Source: the human T2T-CHM13v2.0 reference genome, Homo sapiens. From it: DNA of 64,000 bases. The stretch is taken from NCBI RefSeq assembly GCF_009914755.1, contig NC_060937.1. One strand, 5' to 3'. Positions 24,172 through 38,785 of this stretch are shown here, in pieces. Under the pieces are notes generated by a model that saw nothing but the letters and a program-made list of their open reading frames with translations, made no database searches and had not been told where the DNA came from. Position 1 is the stretch's first letter, and each line of letters opens with the position of its first letter. The position numbers were made by a program, and so were the translations under genes.

Positions 24172-24708
24172 AGCATTATAATTCTTTAAGTGTCTTTAAA
24201 AACAAGATAAAGATTCGGAGAAGTATACATGGATCCACTTTAGCTAAATTCTTATTGTGAAATAGTTCTTTAAAAGTTAATTTACCCTCAGGTTATTTTT
24301 TATTAATAATATTCTTATTTATACATAATTTTCTTGTTAGGTAGCTTAAAACTATTCCCTCTAATTAAGATATTTAAATATATTTATCCAGAAATATACA
24401 TACTAAACTCCTATATCTTACATCTTTTTTCTAGTCCCTAATGATTTGTTTACAAAAATTACCAAACATTTTATTTGACTTTCACTAACTTCTTTATATC
24501 ATTTATACTTTAAAATAAAGTACCTACCTATCCTTACTTGGAAATTTTCACTTTTAAATTTTTTTCTGAATAATTACTTTATACTCATCCCTTTCAAATT
24601 TATTAAGTTGAATGTTCAGTTGCCTATTATTAATGTTAAATGGAGAGCATATTTAGATATTTTTTCTAGGAAACTATTTTTTTTTCAAAAATTAAAATAA
24701 TTTTTTTG

Positions 24709-26045
24709 GAGAGAAAACGGGGTGAGCTGGCTAAATAGAACTCTCCAGTGAACATCACCCCGTAGGAACACCAAATCGAACAACTCTCCCGACAAGAAAG
24801 CACCTTCATATGAACCAAAAATTGCTTGAATGACAACAGTATCTGGTTTTAACATTATATCAAGAAAAGAGGCAATGAAGATGGTAGGAAAGACAGTCTT
24901 GAATTGCTGACACCACCTTTCCCCCATCCTCCAACACACAGTGTGGTGAGGAGAGAGAATCTTGTGCTTGGGAAGGGAGAGTGCTGTGATTGTGGGACCT
25001 TGCATTGGAACTCATCACTGCCCTGTCACAGTGGAAAGCAACACAAGGCAGAAGTTGCCTGGGACTCATAGAGGAAGCATTTAGATCAGCCCTATATGGA
25101 AATCATTGATCTCAGGGCTCAGAACATGAGTTTTTGCAAGCCTTGCCACCATAGGCTATAGTACTCTGGGGTTTTAAGTAAATATGAAGGGCAGTCTAGG
25201 ACACAAGTTAAAATAGCTTATATCCAAAAGACAGGCAATAACAATGCTACTAAGGATGTGGAGAAAGGGGAAACCCCGTACACTTTGGTGGCAATATAAA
25301 TTAGTAAAGCCACTATGGAGAACAGTATGGAGGTTCCTCTAAAAACTAAAAATAGAACTACCATATGATCCGGCAATCCCACTACTAGGTATATACCCCA
25401 AAGAAAGAAAATCGGTATATCAAAGATAGTATATGCACCCTCTTGTTTATTGCAGCACTGTTCACAATAGACAAGAGTTGGAAGCAACCTCTGTGACCAT
25501 CAGCAGAGGAATAAATAAAGAAAATGGGATTCTTCTACACAAAGAGTACTAATCAGCCATAAACAAGAATAGGATCCTGTCATTTGTAACAACATGTATG
25601 GAATCAGAGCATATTGTGTTAAGTGAAATAAGCCAGGCACAGAAAGACACTCTTCTTCCCATGTTCTCATTCATTTTGGGGGGCTAAAAATTTAAAAAAA
25701 TTGAACTCGTGGAGATAGAGAGTAGAATGGTGGTTGTCACAGGCTGGGTGAGTAGTACAGAGAGCGGGACAACCGGGATAGTTAATGGGTACAAAATATG
25801 GTTAGAATGAATAAGATCTAATATTTTATAGCACAACAGGATGACTACAGTCAGCAATAATTTGTTGTACATTTTGAATAACTAAAGAAGTACAGTTAGA
25901 TTGTAACACTAAGAAATTAGAAATTATGAATGCTTGGGGTGTCAAATAGCTCATTTACTCTGATGTGATTATTACACATTGTATACTTGTATCAAAATAT
26001 CTCATGTGCCGCATAAATATATAAACCTACTATGTACCTGTAAGT
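24709..26045 (+). mobile_element. L1MA (L1MA3-like): 5'UTR (24709-25207) fused directly to the ORF2 end and 3'UTR (25208-26045)
   Basis: 5'UTR motifs 'aggaacaccaaat..aacaact', 'gtaggaaagacagtcttgaattgc', 'tgtgcttggg.agggagagtgc'; 3' motifs 'tccaaaagacaggcaataac', 'atagcacaacagg.tgactacagtca'. Confidence 0.8.
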
Positions 26046-28629
26046 TTTTTTAAGCCAACTTAAAAAATGCTTTAAAAGTGTACCAACAAATTTTATAAGC
26101 AATATTATTCAATAGTCATCTGGTAAAACAACCTGTAATTATTATTTGGTGTTCATGCACAACTACGTAAAAGTTCTTCTTTCTTTAATTAAAAAAAACT
26201 CTAATATGTGCATGTTTTCAGTTCAAATGTTTTATTACATTCTGGGACAATTGCCTTGACATGATAAAACATGGCCTCAGATATTTTATATTTTTTACAT
26301 TTGTTGATATTTTGGGGAAGGAAATGTATACTTCATTTGTTAATTAATTTTTAAAAAATTATTAGTCTGTATTTGTTGGAAACCATATCCTATATGTAAC
26401 TTGAAATCAAAATAAATAATGACATTAGTTCTAATCAGTACTTCTGAATTTGTTTTAATTTTAAAATGTCATTTATAGCAAGTGTTTTGGGTTAAAATAT
26501 CTTATTGATATGGTGAGTCTGTCAAATGTCCTTCATATTCATTTTTAAAAATTTAAATTTTTATATATAAATGTATATATATCCAATATAACCTGAAAAT
26601 TAAACATTAATGAGAGCTATAGCTGATAGGTATATTAAGGAAGCTTTGATAACATAAATTGCTTGCCTGCCATTTAACAATTTTTGAAATGAATTATTTC
26701 TAAATAGTTTCAATATATGTTTTATTTTATGAATTTAACAAAATTCTTTTTTCTTGATTTAGCTAATTTTAATAGAGTGTTTTCTTATCAAACATTTACT
26801 TATCTTCTAAAACTCCATTCTTGCAAACTGTTTGGAGGGATTTGTTTTTATTTTTATTTTGTAGTATAGCTCATGTATCTAGAATAACTTGTTATGTTTA
26901 TTATTTCATCATCATAAATTGGCTTATATTTCATATGCTTGCAGACATATAGAATAATCGAAAACAACAAAATTATATGTATATACATATGCATACACAC
27001 ATATGTAAAATGTGAATGTTTTTTATGTTTTGCCTTTTATTACACGTTCTGCCTTTTATTACATGTTTTGCCTTTTATTAAATCTCACTTTGCTCTTCCT
27101 CATTCTTTTCGGGGAGACATACTTTTTCTTTTAAATTCTACTACTGGCTCCTTACAAAATTAACTATCCTTTAAAGTTTATTTATTAAATTTATAGAGTC
27201 AAGTTTGAAAAATTGTTTTATTTCATCCTTTATGCAACAAGGTATTTATTATACTTTTATTTTTCATCATCTGTGAATATTTAGAGCCAAATTTTTATGG
27301 TCTTTGTGGTTTTATTCTTGCTATATTATCTCTGTCTGGAATATTTATTTATGTATATATTTATTAAATAAGATTTACATAAAAGGTTGAGCCATTTATT
27401 TTAGAATTAATTCAAAGCTCTTTGGATGTAATTTTATTCTAAGGCTTTGTTATTCTTAAGTTCTTAATTTTAATTCCTATCACTGTGATTTAGAATAAAG
27501 TGATATTTCTTCAATAATTGAAAACTCTGTCAGGCATGGTTTCTTTTTATTGAAATTTGCCCAGAATATAGTATACCCTATGAATCTTCATAAATATATA
27601 TTTGAACCTAAGATATTTATTTATTTTTATTAACATAATAATATACATACCTTTAGGATAAAATATTACCAGGAAGCTTTAAAATAAAATACAGCAGCCA
27701 TTTGTTGTACTCTTCTATTTTTGCTATGCAGATAATACATTATTTGATATTTTTACATTCCTTGTAACTTTTACTTCTATATTTCAAATAATATATTTGA
27801 TAATTGTTCCTTGTGCTTTGAATTCTTAACCATATTGACTGCAAACAGTAAGTAACAGGCAGTATCTCTGAAACCATCCAATGTTGTTTCTCACCTATAA
27901 AAAAAATTTCCTTATATTTAATTATTTATTTACTGTAGCAATCACTAAATCATCACCAAAATGCTTAATATACAGTGTCTTTAGCATAGTGTAAATTATC
28001 TATAAACCTCATGATTTTTTGAAAAGATGTTTACTGTACCTCTTTAGCCTCTTGTTTCATTTGAGACTTTTATTATTAGCACAGCTGAGGTTTGCCAACC
28101 TAAAGCAAGCTCAAACCCCAGAAGTGCGGCCGTAAACTCACCAGGAGGGGCAAAAACTACGACTTGAGTTTCACTCCTAACCAGATATCTTAACAACCAC
28201 AATTCTTTTTATCTCAGAAGAAATATAAGTTCAAACAAATAAATTATTTGTCATGTAATTAAAAGCAAGCACAGTGAACATCTCAAGGTAATCCAACCTG
28301 ATATTGAAATAATGAAGCAAGAATAATTTTATAAAGAACTAATCAGAGATTCAAAAAATAGACAAATAGGAATTGGTATAAAAAACTCAGTGGATGATTT
28401 GAGAACAGAAGGGTTGCCAAAAATAAATTAATAATCTCGAAGATAGTTGGAGAATCTTATCTGGATGATATCAATAAGGAAAAAAGATGGAAGAACTTAA
28501 CTAAAAAACAAATTTGGGAGAAGTATATATCACAAAAATAGGTATGAAATAGGTCAACTGCATTCCAAAACTTTTGCCTATTAAAAATCATCTCTCATCT
28601 GCGGTGGACATGTCTTCACATATCTCCCT

Positions 28630-31600
28630 CACCCAGGAACGGCCACTGTCGCCCTGCTTCAATAAAGGCGCTTCCATATCTTCCAGCCCCCTGGGTGCCT
28701 AATCCTGGAGCCATGGCAAGCTCTACAGTGCTCAAACTCTAAACACAGGCTCTGTGGCCACACTAGGCTTACCCACATCTTAGGTATTGCAACAATCATC
28801 ACAGTGAGCTAATTTGCACTCCGAGCTCTGGAACCAAGCTCTTGCTACAAGTGACTGTGCTCCAGACATTGGCTCAGCTGCCATAGAGAGCTAGGCCCCA
28901 CCCTTCCCAATATTGGAGCCACTGTAAACATGTGTACACCTATGTTCCCATACTCAGCTTCCTGGCTACTTCACAGGCAACTGTGCTTCACAAACGGTTA
29001 CCAAAGTGACAGCAGGATGCCTGCACCCAATTACCAGCACAGCTGCCCTAGACAGCTTGGCTCTGTCTCCAATCCCATAGCCACTCTTAACTCTGTGAAT
29101 GCCCACACTCTCAATGCCCTGATTACTTCACAAGCATTTATACCTTGCATTCTATTACCAACAGAGCAGCATGGGTGTCTATATCCCAAGCACCAATGCC
29201 ATTACTACTGCAAATCCCAGAGCCATAGGCTTTCTATGCATACCCATGCTTCAGGTCTTAACTGTGTGGCTGCTCTATAAGCAGCATTCATTCATCAGAC
29301 ACTAATGCTGCCTCCACAATGATCAGGCCCACAAGCCAGATCAGTGTTAAGAGAAATGACCCCTCTTAGACACAACTTTGCTAGTGAAAGGAAAAGAGAC
29401 CAAAGGTACCTTAGCAGTCATCACCACCAAAGACTCTAACAACTCTCACAGTCACTGTGAATATCCATAGCATTTGTGATTGAAGATTCCTACAAACTCT
29501 GTTTATACCACCTCAGTTCACAGAGCTGCAGAGACACCATAAAGGGACTCCCTTACTGGTGCTAGAACTGCTGCATCCCACCTTGAAAATGTCTTCACAC
29601 CTCCAATAGGGAAAAATCTTCCTCAACAAAACTGGTCCATCATGTCTGCAAAAGGTGACAGCTCCACCAAATATGCAGACATCAACATAAGGCAACAAAA
29701 CATGAAAAAACCAAGGAGACATAAAACTACCAAAAGAACCTAATCTCCAAAAGAACCCAATAATCTCCCAGTACCTAACTCAAAGAAATGAATATAAACT
29801 ACCCACCAGGAATTCAAACTAAATGTTTTAGGAAAGCTCGGGGCCATCAAGACAACACAGTGAAAAAATTAATTGGTATCAAAGAAACAATAAATGACCA
29901 AAACTAGAAACTTAACAGAGATTGAAATTATATTAGAAAATCAAAAATTCTGGAACTGAAAAATACAATGAATAAAATGAAAAAATGCAATACAGGGTCT
30001 CAATAGCAGAATTGGTAATTGGAAGAAAGAATCTGTAAAGTCAAATACAAGTTCTTAGACAGTATACAGCCAGAGGAGAGAAGAGAAAAAATATAAGAAG
30101 AAATAAGGAAGGCTTACAGAAAGCTTACAGAATTCATGAGACATCATCAAAAGAGCAAATATGAGTTCACATAGGAAAAGAGAAAAAATGGTGGAAAGAT
30201 TAAGAAAAAGTAGCAAAAAACTTTCTAAATCTTGGAAATCCTAGAAATATTTAGGAATTGGAAGCTTAAAGGTCTCCAGTAAGACTAAATTTAAACAAGA
30301 TTAGTACGAATTATAATCAAACTGTCAAAAATCAGAGACAATGAGAGGATTGTGAAATTGCCAATAGAAAAGAAGCAAATCACATATAAGAAATTTTCAA
30401 TAGGGCTAGTAGCAGATTTTCAGCAGAAACTTTACAGACCAGGAGAGGGTGGTATGTCATATTACAGTGCTGAAAACAAAAACAAAAACAAAAACAGTTT
30501 ACCTGGCAGAGCTGCCCTTTAGAAATGAAGAAGAAATAAAGTCGGTTCCAGACAAACAAAAACTGAGGGAGCTTTTCAATCTCAGACCTGTTTTATAAGA
30601 TATGCTTGAGGTAATTATTTAAGCTAAAAAGAAATAAAAGGGAAGAATGATAATTAGTAACGTAAATATATATGAAAGTATAAAACTCACTGGTAAAGGT
30701 AAGTATATAGTCAAATTCAGAATACTCTAATACTGTAATTGTAGTGTGTAAAAATCAATTATATTTAGTATAAAGGTTAAAAGACAAAATAAAAATAATA
30801 GCTACAGTAATTTTTAAGGGTTATACAATATAAAAAGTTGTAAATTGTGACATCAAAAACATAAAATGTGTGTGTGGGAAGAGTAAAGTAATGGAGTTAT
30901 TTTATGAGATTAAAGTTTACTTGTTATCAGCTTAAATAGCCTATTAAAATTACATTTCCTGAAAGCCTCATGGTAACTATACAGCAAAACCTAAAATAGA
31001 TACAAAAAAGTTAAAAAGTAAGGAATCAAAGCATACTACCAGAGAAAATCACATCACAAATGAAAGCAGGGAGAGAGAAAAACAGGAACAAAGGATCTAC
31101 AACACTACCAGAAAACAATTAACAAAATGACACTAAGTCTTTAGCTATCAATAATTACCTTGAATGTAAATAGATCGCATTTCCCAATCAAAAGGCATAG
31201 GCTGAATAGATTTGAAAAACACACATAGAAGCAATAACCACTATAAACAACAACAAGACCCAAACAGGACCTCTTTATATACTGTCCATAAGAAACTCAC
31301 TTCCTCTGTAAGAGCAAACGTAGAATGAAAGTAAAACAATGGAAACATATTTTCCATGCATGTGGAAACCAGAGCAGAGCAGGAGTAGCTATACTCATGT
31401 CAAATAAAATAGACTTCCAGTCAAACACTATAAAATGAGATAAAGAGGTTATTATAGAATGCTTATGAGATCAATTCATCAAGAATATATAACATATAAA
31501 TCTATATGTATCCAACATCAGAGCACCTTAACATTAAAACCAAATATTAATAGATCTGAAGAGAGAGATATACTGCAATACAATATTAGTAGGGAACCAA

Positions 31601-33568
31601 CACTCAATTTCTGAAATAAAAAGATCATCCAGAAAGAAAATCAATAAGGAAACACTAGACTTGGACAACACTTTAGATCAAATGGACCTAATGAACCTAT
31701 ACTAATCATTCTGCCAGCAGCAGCAGAATAAAAATTCTTCTCAAGCACACATAGAATATTCTCCTGGATAGATCATATGTTAAGCCACAAAATAAGTCTT
31801 AACAAATTTCTAAAAAATGAAATCATATTGTTTCCTTTTTAACCACAATGGAGTAAAACTAGAAATCAATCATAGGAAAAATTTTGAAAAATTTACCTGT
31901 ATCTGAAAATTAAACAACATGCTTCTGTACAACCAATGGATTAAACAAGAAATCCAACAGGAAATTTTTAAATGTCTTGAGACAAATGAAAATGGTAATG
32001 CAACATGTTAAAATGTATGGGATGCAGTAAAATTTGTTCTGAGGGAACTAATGGATATTTATGCCAATAAATGTCTACATCAAAAAAGAAAATGTTCCCA
32101 AATAAACAATCTAGCATTACAGCTCAAGGGACTAAAGAAAAGCAAATTAATAATAAGGAAGAATATAATAAAAATCAAAGCAGAAATAAATGAAATAGAG
32201 GCTAGAAAAACAATAGAAAAGGTCAACAAAACGGAATTGGTTTTTGAAAAGATTAAACAAACTGACAATTTTTAGTTACACTAAGAGAGAAGACTCAAAA
32301 GCAAACATCAGAAATGAAAGGGGAGATATTACAGCTAATATGGGTGAGTAGCACATAAATACAAAGGATTGTGCAACAACTTTGAGCAATTTTATGCCAA
32401 CAAATTTGATAACCTGAAAGAAATTGTGAGACACACACAATTTACCAAAACTGAATTACGAAGACATAGAAAATTTGAACAGACCATGAATGAGCAGGAA
32501 GATTAAAACAATAATTAAAAAATCTTTCATCAAGGAGAAGCCCTGGACCTCATGGCTTCAATGGTAAATTATACAAAACATTTAAGGGAGAACTAATGCC
32601 AATCTGTCTCAAACTCTTCCAAAAAATAGAAGAGAGAATACTCATAAACTCGCTTTGTGAGACCAGCATTCCATGATAACAAACCATTCCATGATAAGAA
32701 AGCCAGATGAGGACACTAAAGAAATGAAAATTACAGGCCAGTATTCTTGATAAGCATAGATTCAAATATTTTTGACAAAATACAAGCAAATTGAATTCAA
32801 GAATACATTGAATGAATAATTCACCATATTAAGAGAAATGTATCTGTAGGAAGTAAAGATGGTTCAGCATCATGGATCTATAAATGTGAAACACCACACT
32901 AACTGAATGAAGAATAAAAACCATATGGTCACTTCAATAGATGCAGAAAAGCAGCTGGGCAAAATTCAACATTTTTCCATGATAAAGCCTCAACAAATTA
33001 GTTTTAGAAGGCGTGTACTTCAATACAATAAAGAACATATCTGACAATCCCATAGCTAACATCATACTCAGTGTTAAAAACGTTTTCTCTAAAATCAAGA
33101 ATAAGACAAGAATGCCCACTTTTACTGCTTCTAGCCAATATAGTCCTAGACACAGCAATTAAGCAAGAGAAAGAAGTAAATGACATCATTCAAATCAGAA
33201 AAAGAAATGTTAAATTGTTTCTGCAGACACCATGATCTTATGCATAAAGATTTTTATAATTCCACCAGAAAAATGGTTAGAACTAATAAATTCCAGTGGG
33301 TTGTAGGATATAAAATCAACATATCAAAAACAATTGAGATTTTTTCACTAACAAACTATCTGAAAAAGAAATTTTAAAAAATTCCATTCACAATAGCTAC
33401 AAAAAAATGAAATATTTAGACATCAATTTAACCAGATTTAAAAGGCCTGTATACTGAAAACTATAAAACATTGATGAAGGAAATTGAAGATGACCCAAAC
33501 AAATGGAAAGATATCCTTGGTTCATGGATTGAAAGCATTAATGTTGTTGAAATGTTCACACAACCCTA
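28630..33568 (+). mobile_element. L1M2/L1M3-type (L1MA5-10) element: 5'UTR, degraded ORF1 (~29670-30620) and ORF2 (~31130-33568), 3'-truncated
   Basis: ORF1 'agcagatttt cagcagaaactttacag', 'ccagacaaacaaaaactgaggga'; endonuclease start 'tatcaataattaccttgaatgtaaat'; RT region 'ttcaatagatgcagaaaa', 'tctgcagacaccatgatctta'; many stops and frameshifts. Confidence 0.88.
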
Positions 33569-33569
33569 T

Positions 33570-34121
33570 AATAAATAATAAACTAACTTTAGCTTACTGT
33601 AACATTTTTACTTTATAACTTTTTAATTTTTAAAAACCTTTTTGATTCTTTTATAACATTAGCTTAAAGCCAAACACATTGTTCAACCATCCGGAAATAT
33701 TTTCTTTCTTTGATCTTTATTTTACAAGCTTTTTCTATTTTTCAAAATTTCTACTTTATTTTTACTTTTAAAGCATTTTTGTTAAAAACTGAGACACAAA
33801 CACAAACATTAGCCTAGACCTACACAGGGTCAGGATCATCAGTATCACTGTCTTTCACTTCCAGCTTTTGTCTCACTGGAAGGTCTTCCAAGGCAGTAAC
33901 ATACATGGACCTGTTATCTCCTATGTTAACAATGTATTCTTGTGGAATACCCCCTGAAGGAACAGACAGGGGTCATTTTATACACTCTAATGTAATGATG
34001 AAAATTATAGTATAATAACTCCTAGGCGATACGAATTTTTCAGTTCAATTATAATCTTATGACATCACTGTGGTATATATAATCTATCTCATTGAAATAT
34101 TGTTTTGGGGTGCATGACAGT
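33570..34121 (-). mobile_element. Tigger3b (Golem) DNA transposon fragment
   Basis: 'acattagcctagacctacacagggtcaggatcatc', 'actggaaggtcttc', 'taggcgatacgaatttttcag..cattataatcttatg', with a TIR remnant 'gcatgacagt'. Confidence 0.85.
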
Positions 34122-34206
34122 GCTCAAATATCCTTATTGCTCTTAATCTCCCAATAATAAAACATTTCCAACTATCAACTGTACTTTAATGATGTTTAAG
34201 AGTTAA

Positions 34207-34576
<370 letters not shown>

Positions 34577-36036
34577 TATTTTTTTTATATCATACAGTTT
34601 TTTAAATCTCCATTCTTAGTAAATATTAGAATATCCTAATAAAAATATATTTATTTTGCTTTCAATTCACATAAATGCAATTTACCATTCTAAGCAGTGT
34701 TTTAAAGTGAATGTGGGCAAACGCAATAACTACAACTGATTCAATAATCAATTTGTCACAATTTTCCACTTTTATGTTTGTTTGGTCCACAGGTACACTT
34801 GAGCTGTGCCCTGGAAAAACAAATATTTGTAGTGTTGCTGTGAAGGACCTTTCCAGAAGTAGCAAATACTGTGTCTTGTCCAAATGCCTGAAACTTACTA
34901 TTTTTTCCTGTACATCAGTCAGACTTCTAAATGCAAATCTTTGTCTGAGATCTGTCTCTGACCACTTGAGTGATTACTTGCAGGGAAGTCTGAAAGTGCC
35001 ATGGGTTTAACTAATGATTAATATAATTTTCTGGATAATCTATCAAGTTCCCTCTTTCTCAGATAACATCACAAATGGTAGACGGCAAACCGGTAGAAGA
35101 AAATACACTGGGCAAAGCAATATGTTTTGCCTTTGAGAATTTTCAGGGATAGAGAATTCTAAGAGTAGTGAAGTCAGTACTTTTTTTTTTTTAAGCTATC
35201 GTTATCATGCTGAGGAGTGGGGCCTTGGAGAGTCAAGTAAGCCAAATAACAACTAAAGGGACAGTGTGAAAGTCAGATGGGCTTTATATGAGCATTGAAA
35301 GATCTCTCCTTGAACAGCCAGAGAGCCAATTGTGATAGAAAATCAGGCTGAGGATATAATGGAAAAATAGCTAAATTTCTAAACTGGCTGAATTCACTGC
35401 CTATATGAGTCCCAATGCTAGAGTCAGTTTCTTAAAGGGAAGGAGTGAGTTGCAGTCACATAAAATGAGAATACATGAGTGGATGTGCCAGAGAAACTTT
35501 AATCTCCAGATTCCCTTGAAACCTCGGGTAAGCACAAATGTATTCCTTTTCCTTGCTATAGAACAGTTTTCTTTTGTTTGTCTGGAGACTTTGCAGAGGA
35601 TTACCTGAGTTAGATATATTGCTAGAGGATGTTTGTTGTATTAGGAATTGTGAAGTGTCTGACATTTTTTCTATTTGCCAGCTACTATGTTAGTATGCCA
35701 CGGTTTTATGGATTCAAATAAAAAACATAAGACTCCTATTTCAGAAAAAAAGATAGTATTACTCACACCATGACAAACATCAGCATATTTGCCTTTTTCC
35801 CTTAGTATCACAAGATCCCACACACTTTCCCAGCATTCGCATACATCAACTACTGTTCAACAGACAAAATCGCGGAACGTATCCTTCCCCTCTGAGCTAA
35901 GAAAAATGACAGCTTGCGTGTTTAATCTGAAAATATGCACATGTATGTTATTGATGTAAAAAACAGTGGAAAATACGTCAACAACGCATGGTGTCCAGCA
36001 CTGTGATATGTGTGACTATCATTTACCTCCATGGTC

Positions 36037-36475
36037 TGTATTAGTTAAGATTAGGCTACACTGTTGATGATAAAGAAAAAAATACCCAAAATAAGTGCAG
36101 CTTAAAATGATAGAAATTTATTTAAATCTAGAATAAAAGCGCAGAGGAATGAGATTATGAGAAAAAGGCAAACTGCTACATTAGGTACTAAGAGAATCAG
36201 TATCACGGTTTTTTCACCACTCCACCTTCTATAATGTGGCTTTTGTCTTCATTGTCCACAACTCTGACAACATCCCAGCGAGAAAAGGAATAAAGACAAG
36301 GAATGAAGCAAAATAAACAAAGACGATTCACAAACTACTTTCTAAAGAAAGGTTCTGGAAACCGGCACACAATACTCCTACTCATTCCAAACTGGTCAGG
36401 ATTCAGCCATATGTACTCATGTAGCTACAAAATAAGGTGGGGAGTGGAGATTTCATTTTAGAACACCATTTGCAA
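36037..36475 (-). mobile_element. Old MLT1 (J/K-like) LTR, degraded
   Basis: 'tgtattagttaagattaggcta..cccaaaataagtg..gcttaaa..gatagaaatttattt'. Confidence 0.5.
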
Positions 36476-36749
36476 AGCTGAATATTTTGCAAAGAAGAAC
36501 AATGAAAAGCATCGACTTCAGAAACAGTGATCTATCAGTTGCAATTCAGATAGCTGATTTCCACTCCAACACCTCATCGCTTCCTTCATCTAACCCACAG
36601 AGCACATTCAGCCCCACAACAAGCATCCCAACAAATCACTGTATTTGGCTCAAAGCCTATTATATACAGCTTATATAGGGTCTTTTCAATAAAGTCTGGA
36701 AGTGGCTCCTGTTTTTCTGAGAAACTGCCATAAACAAGAGAACCCTAAG

Positions 36750-37000
36750 GAAAGATAACAACTAAATGTTATGTATAATAGGAGCCTGGGACAGAAAAAG
36801 AAAATCACATGAAAGCGAAGGAAATCTGAATAAATTATGGATTGTAAGAAAATAGAGTATTAATAATTTTTAATCATTGTAAAAGCTGTAACATACCATT
36901 ATTATATGTGAATATTAGAGAGAACCAGGTGAGGCATGTATGCCAACTCTGCGCTATCTTGTTATTTTCTATAAATTGAAAATTATTCAAAGAAATAAGG
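36750..37000 (+). mobile_element. L1MC-type 3'UTR fragment
   Basis: 'aactaaatg..atg..ctgggacagaaaaag', 'gaaatctgaataaa', 'aactctg.gctatctt..ttttct.taaat..aaaattattcaaa'. Confidence 0.65.
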
Positions 37001-37004
37001 TCTA

Positions 37005-37410
37005 TTTAAAATTATAGAAATTAGTAGAGTAGGTGATCAATAAGGACCTGCTAAGATACATATGGATTTGGAATATATTTTGATGGTAAACGAAGAATGT
37101 ATTCCAGTTGATCAGAACTGTAGGAAAAAGGAATAAGGATAAATTATATGTGCATACTGTGAAAACTGGGAGGAATGTACCATTTACCAAAGTAGGGAGC
37201 ACCAGGAAAGTATCTCATTATAGGGACTGTTACTTGGAGTTCTTAGAAATTGTATTATGAGATACCCATTAGACATCCTAGTGGAGATGTTGTTTGTGTA
37301 GTTTGGTATCTAAGTTTGAAGCTCAAAGAGAAAGTCAAGATTGGAGTCATCAATTTGAAAGTCACCACCCCATAGACAATGGATTGAAGCCATAGAACTA
37401 TGGAACTATG
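37005..37410 (-). mobile_element. L2 fragment
   Basis: 'tgagatacccattagacatcctagtggagatgttg', 'tttgaaagtcacca', 'ttgaagccata' match antisense L2. Confidence 0.65.
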
Positions 37411-38785
37411 TGGATTTACAATATCTATCAAATTTGAATGTGTCTATGTTTCTTTTTTTTATTGCCTTTGGCACGTCTTTTAACTTTTTGTTGAAAGTCA
37501 AACATGATGTATGATGTAGTAGGAACTGAGGACTTTACTGTGAGTTTTTAATGTTAATGTGGCTAGAAATTAAGCTATAATTTTGTTTGCTCTAGCTGTA
37601 TGTGCCAGAGGCTTAAATTCTTCTAATGTCTCTGCCCTTGTCTCCTCATGAAGATTTCCCTAATAACTTTTTCTTAAATAGAGTTGGTACCTTCCAGCTC
37701 TTTTTGCTAGAATCCATTGTTTTTTTCATCTTTATTAAGGTATACTTGATAAATAAAAACTTACATACAGTACATTCGAGGTGTACAATGTTATGTTTTT
37801 GATATATGGACACATATAATGTTAAATAATTACCACAATCAAACTAATTAACATATGCATTACCCCAAGCTGTTATATTTTGTGCGTGTGTGGTAAAAAT
37901 ACTTGAGATCAATGCTCTTAACAACTTTAAAGTATACAATGCAGTGTTATTAACTACAGTCATGATGCTGTAAATGAGAACTCTAGAACTTATTTATCTG
38001 TCAAAACTGATCCTTTGTATTCTTGACCAACATCTCCACATTTCTCCTGACTCCCAAGTCCCTGGTAACCACCATTCTATTATTTACTTTTATGAGTTTG
38101 ATATTTTTAGGTTCTGCATATAAGTTAGATTATGCATTATTGGTCTTTCTCTGTCTGGTTTGTTCATTTAGCATGATGTCTCCAGATTCATCCAAGTTGT
38201 TGCAAATGGCAGGATTTTCTTCCTTATTAATGCAAAATGAAATTTCAGTGTGTGTCTGGATTTGTTAGTGTGTGTGTCTCCAGTCATCTGTGAATGAACA
38301 CTTTGGTTATTTCTATATCTTGGCTATTGTGAATAATGCTGCAATTAATGAGGGTGTACAGATCACCTCAAGATAGTGATTTTATTTCTTTTAGATTTAT
38401 ACCCAGATGTAGGATGGCTGGATCATAAGGTAGTTCTATTTTTAATTTTATGTGTAACCTTTACACTGCTTTGCATTATGGCTATGCTAATTTACGTTCC
38501 CACCAACAATGTAGAATTTTCTTTACACTTTCAACATTTATTATCTATTGTCTTTTTTAATAACAGCCAAATGTGTGATGTGATATTTTACTGTGGTTTG
38601 ATTTTCATTTCCATGATAATTAGTGATGTTGTGCATAATTTCATTTATCTGTTGCCGATTTGTTTGTTTTCTTTAGAAAAATGTCTATTCAGGTTTGTCC
38701 ATCCATTTTTAGTAGGGTCATTTGTTTTTTTGTTTTGGTTTTGGTTTTTGTTGTTTTGCTATTAAATTATTTGACTTCCTTATAT

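Noticed and set aside
26100-28560. Possible very old L1ME/HAL1 remnants
   Set aside because: Similarity is too degraded to assign a family or boundaries by eye.
34770-34800. Other AG|GT acceptor-like sites (34792 'ccacag|gtacac'; 51480 'ttgcag|gtctga')
   Set aside because: Weak donor halves and interrupted pyrimidine tracts; expected by chance in 64 kb.
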